DNA from: a virus | Lineage: Duplodnaviria; Caudoviricetes | Reading direction: 5' to 3' (one strand) | IMG/VR virus record: IMGVR_UViG_3300021255_004000 | Span: 195,308-259,307 of that record | Length of the DNA: 64,000 nucleotides | Shown: positions 46,669 through 56,053 of the stretch, one piece after another | Layout: every line of letters begins with the position of its first letter | Position numbering within the stretch: position 1 is the stretch's first letter | Position numbers and translations under genes: made by a program | Notes under the pieces: model-generated | Database searches by the model: none | Told to the model about the DNA's origin: nothing | What the model saw: only the letters and a program-made list of their open reading frames with translations

Positions 46669-47982
46669 ATGACAGGTATTTGTTATTTTACAGAAAAGCC
46701 AACTGAGTATCTTGCTGAAATGCAAGTTGATGCAGTTGTAAGATATACTGAAGATGATGCAGTTACATTGAAAATGGAAGGAAACTTTTCTCCTGAGAAA
46801 GCTGATAAACTTATCGAAAAAGCAATTTCTGACAACTGTGATAATTTGGTTTTCATTACAGAAAATAAGAATGTTAACATCTTAAATAGATTGATCCCAC
46901 AGGAGTATGGAAGATATTTTGAAAACATTACAGTTCTTGAAGAGAATTATGACCGACTTACAGAAAACGATGGAGTTGCTGCCGCTGCTCCTCAGGGTCA
47001 AAATGTTACAACTGCAGCAGGAACGACTGCTCAAACAAAACCAGCGTCTGAGACAACAGCAGCAAAACCTGCTACAGAGCCTGAAGGCGATAAAGTAATT
47101 ATTATATGTAATGCAGCTGCTCCAAATGCAAAGCTTTTAGGAATGTTTATTCAAGATAGAGCATCACTTGTAAATAATAAAGTACTAACACCTGAACAGC
47201 TGAAAAACTCAGAAACTTGGTTTTCAAATGTTGACAGCGCAGGTCTTACTGCTTCAGGCATTAAAACACTTTATCAGCAGCATCCTTCTGATGTAATTAA
47301 GAAAACAATCGAAAATGCAAATGTTTCAAGTGAGGGATTTGATAGCAACATTGATGATTTGATTATGATGGCTCAATCATCAAAAACAGTTCAAGCAGGA
47401 AATAAATATATTTTCGTTGTGCCTTCTACAATGAAAATTCAAAGCAACAGCAAGAGCGTTGTTGTTATTCCTAAACTTAGAAATTATGAAAATCCAAACA
47501 ACCAAAAGATCGTTCCTCTTATTGGCGAAGTTGCAAAAATGATTCAGAATCCTAAAGCAGAAATCAAGAAAAGAAATGACCTACCTAAGGACGAAGAAGA
47601 GTTTAATAAACAGTTCAACAAGGAAGAAGGGAAGATTAAGTTTATAGCAGCTTACGCAAAAGCTTTTGAATGGTGGACAAAAAATAAAGATAAGCGCATT
47701 AAAACAAAAGAAGCTGAAAGCCAGTTTGCAAAAGCTTTGAAAGAGTTTATTATGGCAGACTTCAATAATGCTTGGAATGCTCTTAAAAATGACAGCGATA
47801 AAGGCATTAAGTTTATGGCAAACTCAATCGACAAGATGGTCAAAGGCATTAAAGCAGATTTGAAAGGAAAGAAAGACGACGAAAATAAAAATAAACAGTC
47901 AAAGCAAGATGAAACTTCAGCAAGAAATATTTTCTCTTGGGAAAAATATCCTGAACTTTGTAAACTTTTATTTGAGAACTAA
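46669..47982 (+). CDS. hypothetical late protein
   Basis: 437 aa; ACTAATT motif plus GAGGA; Ala/Thr/Pro linker after LTEN. Confidence 0.6.
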   Translation: MTGICYFTEKPTEYLAEMQVDAVVRYTEDDAVTLKMEGNFSPEKADKLIEKAISDNCDNLVFITENKNVNILNRLIPQEYGRYFENITVLEENYDRLTENDGVAAAAPQGQNVTTAAGTTAQTKPASETTAAKPATEPEGDKVIIICNAAAPNAKLLGMFIQDRASLVNNKVLTPEQLKNSETWFSNVDSAGLTASGIKTLYQQHPSDVIKKTIENANVSSEGFDSNIDDLIMMAQSSKTVQAGNKYIFVVPSTMKIQSNSKSVVVIPKLRNYENPNNQKIVPLIGEVAKMIQNPKAEIKKRNDLPKDEEEFNKQFNKEEGKIKFIAAYAKAFEWWTKNKDKRIKTKEAESQFAKALKEFIMADFNNAWNALKNDSDKGIKFMANSIDKMVKGIKADLKGKKDDENKNKQSKQDETSARNIFSWEKYPELCKLLFEN

Positions 47983-48192
47983 GTCAGAAAACTTAGCAAC
48001 AGTAAGTTGATTATTTCTTAAAACTTTTAATAAGAAAAACTTTTCGGTGAGCTTGTCAGTAATTTCAAGCTCATCTGTGTTTTTAAGGCCACACGGACAA
48101 ATCAATGGGAGACCAGTGTTTTTAATTCGCTGATAAAAAACAGATGTTTCAGCGCTTGAGTTTTTCAAAAAACAATGGTCTCCCACTTTCAT
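47968..48192 (-). CDS. hypothetical protein
   Basis: 74 aa; coupled to the upstream gene. Confidence 0.45.
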   Translation of the reverse strand: MKVGDHCFLKNSSAETSVFYQRIKNTGLPLICPCGLKNTDELEITDKLTEKFFLLKVLRNNQLTVAKFSDLVLK

Positions 48193-48950
48193 TATATGTC
48201 CAATGCTCCTGTAGTAACAGCTTTCAAAGAAGCCATAACGCGGATTTTCAAATCCTTTGCTTCGTGAAAGATTTCATTTGCTTTGTCTGTTTTTTCAATA
48301 AGAACAGTTGTTCTGTTAGGGTCTGCACCTGCATCAGGATTTTCAAGATAGTTTTCATAAAACACTTTTACATCATCTGCGCAAGTTGCAACTGTCTCAA
48401 CATTACAAAAAGTATGTTTCTGCATTTCAAGGAAAGCAAACATATTTTCAGGCAATGCAGGAGTTACCTTACAGAAGAGAACATTGAAGTTTTCATAAAA
48501 CTGTTTAAGTCCTGTGTAGTACTTTGGTGTACCTGAGAATACAAACATAGGTGGACGTTTGCGGAATTCAACTTCTTCAATGTCATTCTGCATATCGTGT
48601 GAAATATGTGAAATCATTCTGAACAAAATATCTGAACAATCAACATTCTTTTCTGACGCCATTTCATCACCAGTGAATACACCATATTTCTTTGCAAGAA
48701 GGAAGTCAACCCATTCATCTTCCCAATGGTTGTTTTCAAGTTCAGTTTTGATGTCACTCAAAATTGCTTCTGAACATTTTACCAAACCTTCCTGAGTTGG
48801 TTTTCCTTCAGCATCAAGTTCATAATCTTTTCCATCGTCAATGATGTCAAAATGGATAACAGGCATACCCTGCATCTGTGAGCTTGGAAAAACACCAACT
48901 TCCAATTTATTCAACTTAAGCATTATTTGTACCTCCGCAAAAGTTATCAA
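48192..48950 (-). CDS. hypothetical protein (degenerate QueE/radical-SAM-like?)
   Basis: FPSSQMQGMPVIHF and VFTGDE weakly recall QueE; no CxxxCxxC. Confidence 0.45.
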   Translation of the reverse strand: MITFAEVQIMLKLNKLEVGVFPSSQMQGMPVIHFDIIDDGKDYELDAEGKPTQEGLVKCSEAILSDIKTELENNHWEDEWVDFLLAKKYGVFTGDEMASEKNVDCSDILFRMISHISHDMQNDIEEVEFRKRPPMFVFSGTPKYYTGLKQFYENFNVLFCKVTPALPENMFAFLEMQKHTFCNVETVATCADDVKVFYENYLENPDAGADPNRTTVLIEKTDKANEIFHEAKDLKIRVMASLKAVTTGALDI

Positions 48951-49281
48951 TAAGTTCTTTTTGATATTCCAAAGATGACAAATACTCGGCAGAACCTACT
49001 TTTGTCATCGGGAATGCTAAGTCAATGATGTGAATAGTCTCACCATCTTTTTCATATGAAAGGCCAGCAGTTGTACCTTTCGTATCAAAATAAGCGCCGT
49101 GAATACCCTTTGTTTCACAATACTGTATAAGATCAGTTATGATTGCTGTTTCAACAGATTCTGCATTCTGTGTTGTAAACAATTCCATAAACTTACTTGG
49201 GTTTAATCTTGAAGCCTTTGCAAGAATAAAAAGATTTGAAATAAGAATAAGTGAAAGCAACACAACTATCGCAATTTGCAT
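48916..49281 (-). CDS. membrane-anchored hypothetical protein
   Basis: N-terminal TM segment; GGAGG RBS. Confidence 0.55.
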   Translation of the reverse strand: MQIAIVVLLSLILISNLFILAKASRLNPSKFMELFTTQNAESVETAIITDLIQYCETKGIHGAYFDTKGTTAGLSYEKDGETIHIIDLAFPMTKVGSAEYLSSLEYQKELIDNFCGGTNNA

Positions 49282-49300
49282 TTCAACCTCCGTTTATAAA

Positions 49301-51196
49301 TTAGATTGTTTGATTTTTCTGTAAGCTAAACAGCTTTTTCCAAACATTTGCAGAAATGTACTGCTGATTAAACAAAGAGTTCAAAGTTTCACCTTTGCTT
49401 TTCAAGTTCAATTCCTGTAAGTTATCCAATGAATTATCATAACGCATTGAATAAGTTCTTGTAATGTCCTTCTGACCAGGGCGGAAAATACGGCCTCTTG
49501 ACTGTGTGTAAACAACAAAGTTGTAAGTCTTTTCAACATAAATCTCATACTTACATTCAATCAATGTTACAGAAGTGTTCATTACATTGATTGATGCAAT
49601 AATCAATTTCTGCTTAGGGTCCTTAAGGAACTTATTTATAATATTAACACGATCATCCATCGGAACATCAGCAGAAATTACAGTAGGATTATACTTCTTA
49701 TATCTTTCAACCAATGCATCTTTTGTTTGAGGATGGAAATACCAAATAATTCCTTTTTCGCCTTCTTCACCTGAGCGTTCTTCAACAATATCATCAACCA
49801 ATTCTGCTTTTGTTGAATGCTTGTTCCAATCAAACTTTAAGATATCTTGCTTCAAGTCTTCAGGAAACTTGTCAAACTTTGAACTGTTCTTTAAGCAAGT
49901 TGGGTTATCAACCGCGCCTTGTAAGTACTGAAACAGGTTCATCATTCGTTCACTGAAAGACTTACCGCCATCACCTGCAAGATCTGCCTGTTCCTGAGCA
50001 GTAAAGTTACTGAAGCGTTCATAAATCTTTCTTTGTAATGGTGACATATCACAATAGATTGTAGGAACTTCATAGTTGAGCGGCAAGTCAAGACAATCTG
50101 TCATCTTGCGTTTTGAACAATACTTATGCATCATTTCAATGTTCAACTGTTCAAGCTTTTCAAGGTTCCATTTATCGGGATTGATTGCATAAGCAGAATA
50201 CTTATTACCAAGTTCATTGTAAGCTGCACACCAAGTAGGATAGTCCATTCCATCAACCAAAGCTTTGTCAAGAATCCAACAAGGTTCATACAACTTTTCA
50301 TACTTGTCAGCAAGTGTACCTGTGAACAAGAATCTTTGGTCAAAGAAAGGCACAATCCAATTCATTACCTGTGTTCGTCTTGAAGACGGAACTGCAAGAG
50401 AATGATTTTCATCAAGGAACAATCCGCCTGGCTTATCTCCTAGCCATTCTTTAATTGGCATACAGTTTGTTCGATATGCTTTACCCGTGGAAGGATGTTT
50501 CTTTGTTTTAGTTCCATACTTCTTATCATAATAATAATTGCTTATTGATTTCAAAGCATCATATGACAAGATAATAATTGTCTGCGGATATTTTTCAGTG
50601 TTGAAAATATCACGGTCTTCAAAAGGAATTGCACCTGCTGATGTAAATGTAATAATATCTTCATCACGCATATTCTTACCGTGTTTCAACAATTCTGATT
50701 TAAGGTTGCGTGTACCGATTGGCGTTGAGAAAATCAAACATTTGCCAATGTCACCATAATATCTTTTATGTTCAATTAAAGCAGTTAAGATATAAGACTT
50801 GCCTAAACCCATCTCGTGATGGAACAAAAATCTGTTCTGACAAAGCCCTCGTGTAATGTCTGCAATCTGATAATCTTCATAAGGATGTTTACCTACAAGT
50901 GGGGGAAGATTCATCAATTCTTGTTTGAATGCACGACGATAAACTTTTAATTCAACGAGACTGTTTCTCCATCTTATGACTTCTGTTTTTGTCAACATAT
51001 CAATGTCAACAGCATCAAAAGCCATTGCGGCTGCCTTAAAGTCCTCATATTTTGTTACACTTAATGTCCAGCATTTTAAGTCGGGATTCCAACGACAACC
51101 TTGCAACTTTACAAAGTCAACAAGATCACGGAAATTGTCTCCTCCGATTGTAATATGCAAATCATCTTCTGCTGAGTCGAAAGAAATACTAATCAT
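49301..51196 (-). CDS. SNF2-family helicase with N-terminal HARP-like domain
   Basis: HEMGLGKS, LDENH, FTGT, QSRGRIFRPGQ; GCRWNPDLKCWT. Confidence 0.85.
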   Translation of the reverse strand: MISISFDSAEDDLHITIGGDNFRDLVDFVKLQGCRWNPDLKCWTLSVTKYEDFKAAAMAFDAVDIDMLTKTEVIRWRNSLVELKVYRRAFKQELMNLPPLVGKHPYEDYQIADITRGLCQNRFLFHHEMGLGKSYILTALIEHKRYYGDIGKCLIFSTPIGTRNLKSELLKHGKNMRDEDIITFTSAGAIPFEDRDIFNTEKYPQTIIILSYDALKSISNYYYDKKYGTKTKKHPSTGKAYRTNCMPIKEWLGDKPGGLFLDENHSLAVPSSRRTQVMNWIVPFFDQRFLFTGTLADKYEKLYEPCWILDKALVDGMDYPTWCAAYNELGNKYSAYAINPDKWNLEKLEQLNIEMMHKYCSKRKMTDCLDLPLNYEVPTIYCDMSPLQRKIYERFSNFTAQEQADLAGDGGKSFSERMMNLFQYLQGAVDNPTCLKNSSKFDKFPEDLKQDILKFDWNKHSTKAELVDDIVEERSGEEGEKGIIWYFHPQTKDALVERYKKYNPTVISADVPMDDRVNIINKFLKDPKQKLIIASINVMNTSVTLIECKYEIYVEKTYNFVVYTQSRGRIFRPGQKDITRTYSMRYDNSLDNLQELNLKSKGETLNSLFNQQYISANVWKKLFSLQKNQTI

Positions 51197-51206
51197 ATAA
51201 AATATA

Positions 51207-53408
51207 TTAACCTTTAAGCAATGAATTCAACGCTGATGATCCTTTCTTAATTTGGTCATTTGTCCAATCAACACACCAGTTTGCCAATGAGTCAAGTTGT
51301 GAGTTTACCCAATCTGCAGGATCATCTGCATAATAATCAAGTTTATAAAATCTTTTATAAATAAAGTTGTATGTAAAGTCTTGTGTATCTGCACTTTCTC
51401 GTTTGAATTGGATTCCATTTGAAGTACCAAGTAATTTAACATCTTCAAAGATAAAGCGTTCATCTTTCTTAGGTGTTGCCAAAGAATTGAATCTTTCACC
51501 TTGAGGTACGCGTCTTACAATAATATCAACACGAGAATGTTTACTTAAATCTTCAAATGAACTGAAAGGAGCAGCTGTTCCTCTTACTGCCATATTTCTT
51601 GCAATCGCGCCTGTTACATAAGCAGAAGCTTCTGTCCAATTCTGTTCAACTGCTACAGGACGATTTCTTAAATAAGCAGAAATAACTGCTACATTCTTTT
51701 TTGCTTTTGCGTTTCTCAGTCTTTTTGCAGCTTCTTTTGTAACATCAGAAATCTTTTTTGCACGAGCTTCTTGTTCTTTTTGGAGCTTTTTAATTTCATT
51801 TTTAATTTCTGTCATTTGACTTTTCTTTTCTTTTTCAAAAGCCCAATATTTGTCTGCTCCACCATCATTTTCTTTTGCTTTAACTTCTTTAAGTTTCTTA
51901 TTCAATGCAGCAACCTGAGCATTACCTGCTTCTTCAATCAATTCAAGTTCTGCTGCATATAAAGGCATACCACTAGCAGAAGAGCGGGCAAGAGCAGCTT
52001 TCATAAACATATTTCTTTGATTTTCATCAGCAAGATTGCTTTCATATTGAGAAATTATAAGGTTACGAGCAGCTTGAAGGTCTTCATCTTCCTTTTTCTT
52101 TATTTCAGCAATAGCTTTTTCCATAGCCTCTTTTGCTTTTTTGGCATCTTCACCTGCTTCTTTAATATAATTTGCTGTTCTTGAACAACTCAACTTATCT
52201 TTCAAGTCAAACACTGCACTACCTACATTAAGATAATCCGCCATAGGAGTACCTGACATAATGTTCATAAAGTCAATATAAAGTAAACGAGTATCGCCTC
52301 TTATTGAGAATGATGACTGTCCTGGAGTGTTGATTGCATCAGTAGGTCTTTCAAGTTTTCCACCCCAAGCTGAAATTTCAGTTGTCTGTCTTTCATAAGC
52401 TGGGATTTCAATAGAAGATATTCTTGCAGACAATAAGCGAGAACTGAACAAATTATCAACGCCTTGGAGCCCAGGAGTAAGATGCTTACCGTCAACATCA
52501 GTATCATTATCAACAATGCGGAAATAAACATCATACATATTTGACATTGCATCAGGCATTGCTCTTAAGTCCCATTTTCCTGTGTGGTCAAGGTCTGCTT
52601 CAATATTTTCTACTTTTCCATAACTTGGCTTTTTATCAAGAATATCTGTTGCATCTACATTTTCATTTGTTGCTTGATAATCAACTTCAGTTGAATAGAG
52701 TTCATCAATAGCATCATCGATTGCAGGAAGAACTTCAACATAAGGGTCAGTTCCATTACCTAAGTCTGAAATAGGAATGTTGATGTCAAATGGCTTAAGT
52801 GCACTGTTTGAAGAATTGCTGCCATCTTCGTTTATTCCTGAATATCCGTCACCAGTACCATTGCCGCTTCCGCCATCATTACTGCCTGGGCTTGTGTTGC
52901 TTCCATCTGCATTCATATCAGACAAAACTTCTTTAAGTGTTCCGTAAATAAGTTGCTTTGCCAAAGCATTCATTTTGGCAGGGTCTAGTTTTTTGCTATA
53001 AAGACCGAGGCCATCGACACCATTAGCTGTTGCGTTTGCATCTTCTGCATCGATATTGAATATTTTACCATAAGCGTCACCTAAAGCAGCAATCATTTCT
53101 GCGTATTCAGCATCGCTTTCATTTAAGTTGTAGGCTTGGGCAGGATCCTCAGAATAAATATCTGTATGAATGTCAGTGTCAAAACTTTCTTTGCTTACAT
53201 CTCTTTTGAAAGATGATGAACTGCTTTCAAGTGCAATCGAAGTATTACCTGAGGAGTTGGACTGTAATTTACCGCCGTTAAAAGATTGGCTTCCACTTGC
53301 GGGCTCTTGATTAGGCAATGCGCTTGACTCAACTTTTTCTTCACTACTACCGTGAAGATTTCCATTACCTTCAAGATCTTCAATTTTTATTCTAAAATTG
53401 TCTGCCAT
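51207..53408 (-). CDS. tail tube-fold protein with long N-terminal region and coiled-coil insertion
   Basis: PDAMSNMYDVYF...ERFIFEDVKLLG...FTYNFIYKR shared with 31031; start at 53408 is 11 nt after ACTAATT. Confidence 0.55.
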   Translation of the reverse strand: MADNFRIKIEDLEGNGNLHGSSEEKVESSALPNQEPASGSQSFNGGKLQSNSSGNTSIALESSSSSFKRDVSKESFDTDIHTDIYSEDPAQAYNLNESDAEYAEMIAALGDAYGKIFNIDAEDANATANGVDGLGLYSKKLDPAKMNALAKQLIYGTLKEVLSDMNADGSNTSPGSNDGGSGNGTGDGYSGINEDGSNSSNSALKPFDINIPISDLGNGTDPYVEVLPAIDDAIDELYSTEVDYQATNENVDATDILDKKPSYGKVENIEADLDHTGKWDLRAMPDAMSNMYDVYFRIVDNDTDVDGKHLTPGLQGVDNLFSSRLLSARISSIEIPAYERQTTEISAWGGKLERPTDAINTPGQSSFSIRGDTRLLYIDFMNIMSGTPMADYLNVGSAVFDLKDKLSCSRTANYIKEAGEDAKKAKEAMEKAIAEIKKKEDEDLQAARNLIISQYESNLADENQRNMFMKAALARSSASGMPLYAAELELIEEAGNAQVAALNKKLKEVKAKENDGGADKYWAFEKEKKSQMTEIKNEIKKLQKEQEARAKKISDVTKEAAKRLRNAKAKKNVAVISAYLRNRPVAVEQNWTEASAYVTGAIARNMAVRGTAAPFSSFEDLSKHSRVDIIVRRVPQGERFNSLATPKKDERFIFEDVKLLGTSNGIQFKRESADTQDFTYNFIYKRFYKLDYYADDPADWVNSQLDSLANWCVDWTNDQIKKGSSALNSLLKG

Positions 53409-53488
53409 ATCCAATTAGTCTAAAAAGAGCAGGTCCGTAAAACCTGCCCTCTTAAGGAGAATTGTATTCTTAAATTGATATTTTGAAA

Positions 53489-54721
53489 TTATTCTTCAGC
53501 TGCTTCATCAGCTTTTACAAAAGTTGTTTTCTGCTTGAGTTCTGCTTCTTCAGCTTCAATTTCAGCCTTTGAAAGTTCCTCAGCTTTTTCTTTTGTCAAG
53601 TCCTGTTCAGCAATCTGATCTTCATCTCCAGTAAACTCTTTACCTTCGATTTCGTGGGAAATGATGTCCTGAATTGTCTGCTTAATCTGTTCCCATTCAG
53701 CTGGCTTTACTTCACCGCTGTTGATAGCAGCAACAAAAGCATCCTTACCGTGGAAGTTCCAACCAAAGACTGTCTTTGAATTGTAATATCCTTTTGAACG
53801 ACAGTCGACAAGTTTAAGCAAACGAGGATCTTCAGCAAACTCATACAAGAAGTCAACGAACTCTCCAGTTGAGTCAAAGCCGCCTTTGTAGTAAAGGTCC
53901 ATCTCACATTCACGGAATGGAATGCCTGTCTTGTTCTTGTAGTTGCGTACCTGCATATGAATGCCAACAATCTTGCTGCCTTCTGTAAGGTTTTCAATCT
54001 TACGAACGCGGTTAAGAGTTGAAGCAACATACTTCAAAGCATAACCACCTGTAGTTGCAATAGCGTGGGACATCTGAGCCATCTGTGCGCGTTCCTGAGA
54101 AATTACAAACATTGTTGTGTTGTAATTTGCACAAAGAATGTTGAAGCGGTTACAGAATTCCTTCAAAGCTTTTGCACCAGAACCGAAGTTTGCTTTGTTG
54201 AACTCATCCTGCATTACAGTACGAGTAGGCGCCATAGATTCTGAGTCAAAGATAACAACCGCAACACGGTTTGTTTTAATCATCTCTTCGAGAGCAAGTG
54301 CGCCATCTTCCAAACAGTCAGGCTGCAAAAGTACAAACTTACCATCTGAACAGTACTTACCAGCATCATCATAAACAGATGTTACATTCAAGCCATTTTC
54401 GTGAGCGTGATCTGGGTCGAAAGAACGCTCAAAGTCCATATAGACAACAATGTCGTGGTCAGCCAAGTCAGGATGCTGTTCTGCAAGATGCTTCTGAAAC
54501 TGACCTGCGATGTATGTACAAATTGTAGACTTACCGCCACTTTCAGGTCCCATATAGCGGTGAAAACAACCAATCTTAATTCCTCCGCCATACTCATAAT
54601 TCAAACGCGGTGAGTCTGTAATTAACTTCTTACAAAGAAGGTTCTGATTAACGGGCTTAATCGCGTTTCCAATTTTCTTTTGAATTGTGCCCAATGCTGC
54701 GGCAAATGCGTCAGTTGCCAT
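53489..54721 (-). CDS. uvsX: RecA/UvsX recombinase
   Basis: GPESGGKST, YMDFERSFD, IFDS, ISQER, TTGGYALKY, KNKTGIPFR. Confidence 0.9.
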   Translation of the reverse strand: MATDAFAAALGTIQKKIGNAIKPVNQNLLCKKLITDSPRLNYEYGGGIKIGCFHRYMGPESGGKSTICTYIAGQFQKHLAEQHPDLADHDIVVYMDFERSFDPDHAHENGLNVTSVYDDAGKYCSDGKFVLLQPDCLEDGALALEEMIKTNRVAVVIFDSESMAPTRTVMQDEFNKANFGSGAKALKEFCNRFNILCANYNTTMFVISQERAQMAQMSHAIATTGGYALKYVASTLNRVRKIENLTEGSKIVGIHMQVRNYKNKTGIPFRECEMDLYYKGGFDSTGEFVDFLYEFAEDPRLLKLVDCRSKGYYNSKTVFGWNFHGKDAFVAAINSGEVKPAEWEQIKQTIQDIISHEIEGKEFTGDEDQIAEQDLTKEKAEELSKAEIEAEEAELKQKTTFVKADEAAEE

Positions 54722-54733
54722 TTTTCCTCCAAA

Positions 54734-56053
54734 TTAGTTTTGTATGATTCTTCTTGTAGGCTGAGGACCATACTTATCAAAGTAAGGCTTAAATGTTTCA
54801 ACAATGAAGTCACCATTGAAATACTTATCCTCAAGAAGATCATAATATTGTTTCAAATATTTCTTATACTCATCAGGATGCTCATTAAGATACTTGATTT
54901 TATCCCACATTTCTTTTGGTGAAGAAACTTTGAAATAATCAGGCATATCTTTGTAGTATCCGTCAGTGTCATATGAATACTTATCCCAGAATGGAATGAT
55001 GCCATAATAAATCATCTTCCAAACTTTTTGTGTTACGAAATTAGTGAGGCGGCGTTCGAAGCAAGGAACATAAGTAAACTTTGATTCCCACATCTGATCT
55101 TCGATTTCAACGATACCTTTACACTCAAAGTTCTTTTCATAACCCTTAATTGTTTCCTCAGGCCACTTACCATAAATAACCTGATCTTTTGCAATGTCAA
55201 GTACCCAACGCTTCAAATAATCAAAGCGGTCAGGAGAACCATTCAATGTCATAATAAAGTCATTCTTTTTCTGATAAACTTTATCACCAACAACGATATG
55301 GTCAGGATCACTGAAGTCAACCTTCTTTTTATCAGCAAGGAACATTTTTTCAATTCCTGCATAACGATATTTCAAATCGTGCTGCAAAAAGATTTTTGAA
55401 TCTTCAAAATAACCTTTACATCTTTCAACGCGGCAAGTTTTGTTTATCTGTGAAAGGATTTCAAGTTCGTTATTGTAAATATCACGAGTGTTGATAGGTA
55501 CATAACGAGGATCCTCATTTACAGATACCCAAGGAAATCCAAAGTAATTCAAACAATGAACAATCGGAGCAGAGTAATTTGTTGCCATCTGCATAGGTGT
55601 TGCAAGACGATTGAAGTCGGTCTTACATACAATGCCTTTGTTATTCATTGTAGTTGATTGGTCAGGTCCCTGAAGAAAGATACCGAAGTCAATTTTAATT
55701 CCGTCTCTTTCCATAATCTTTACCAAAGCATCGTGCTTTTCAATCTTTTCTGCTTTTGCCATATCAGCAGCAGGATGATAAAGATCAATGATGTTTGCAG
55801 GAACAATGACATTTGGATTTTCAACAATCTTTCTTGGGTTCATAAACCCACCGAAACCAACTTGCTTTGGTGGCTGTTCCTTTTCACGACACTTATTGAT
55901 GTCATTACCACCGATAAAGTAAAACTTATGTTCAGGAAAGCGCTTTGCCAAAGTTGTATAAAAAATGTATGGTGAGTCATCACCTGCATAAATCGACCAT
56001 CTTGACTTATCGAAGAAACAAGAACGGCCGAACTTACCTATTGCAATATTCAT
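54734..56053 (-). CDS. GT-B glycosyltransferase resembling T4 DNA beta-glucosyltransferase
   Basis: NFVTQKVWKMI...YDT...FKVSSPKEMWDKIKYL...YYDLL parallels the remembered BGT C-terminus (NFITLRVWETM...FDT...FYVNNRAELIDRVNEL...HDIL); MNIAI start. Confidence 0.65.
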   Translation of the reverse strand: MNIAIGKFGRSCFFDKSRWSIYAGDDSPYIFYTTLAKRFPEHKFYFIGGNDINKCREKEQPPKQVGFGGFMNPRKIVENPNVIVPANIIDLYHPAADMAKAEKIEKHDALVKIMERDGIKIDFGIFLQGPDQSTTMNNKGIVCKTDFNRLATPMQMATNYSAPIVHCLNYFGFPWVSVNEDPRYVPINTRDIYNNELEILSQINKTCRVERCKGYFEDSKIFLQHDLKYRYAGIEKMFLADKKKVDFSDPDHIVVGDKVYQKKNDFIMTLNGSPDRFDYLKRWVLDIAKDQVIYGKWPEETIKGYEKNFECKGIVEIEDQMWESKFTYVPCFERRLTNFVTQKVWKMIYYGIIPFWDKYSYDTDGYYKDMPDYFKVSSPKEMWDKIKYLNEHPDEYKKYLKQYYDLLEDKYFNGDFIVETFKPYFDKYGPQPTRRIIQN

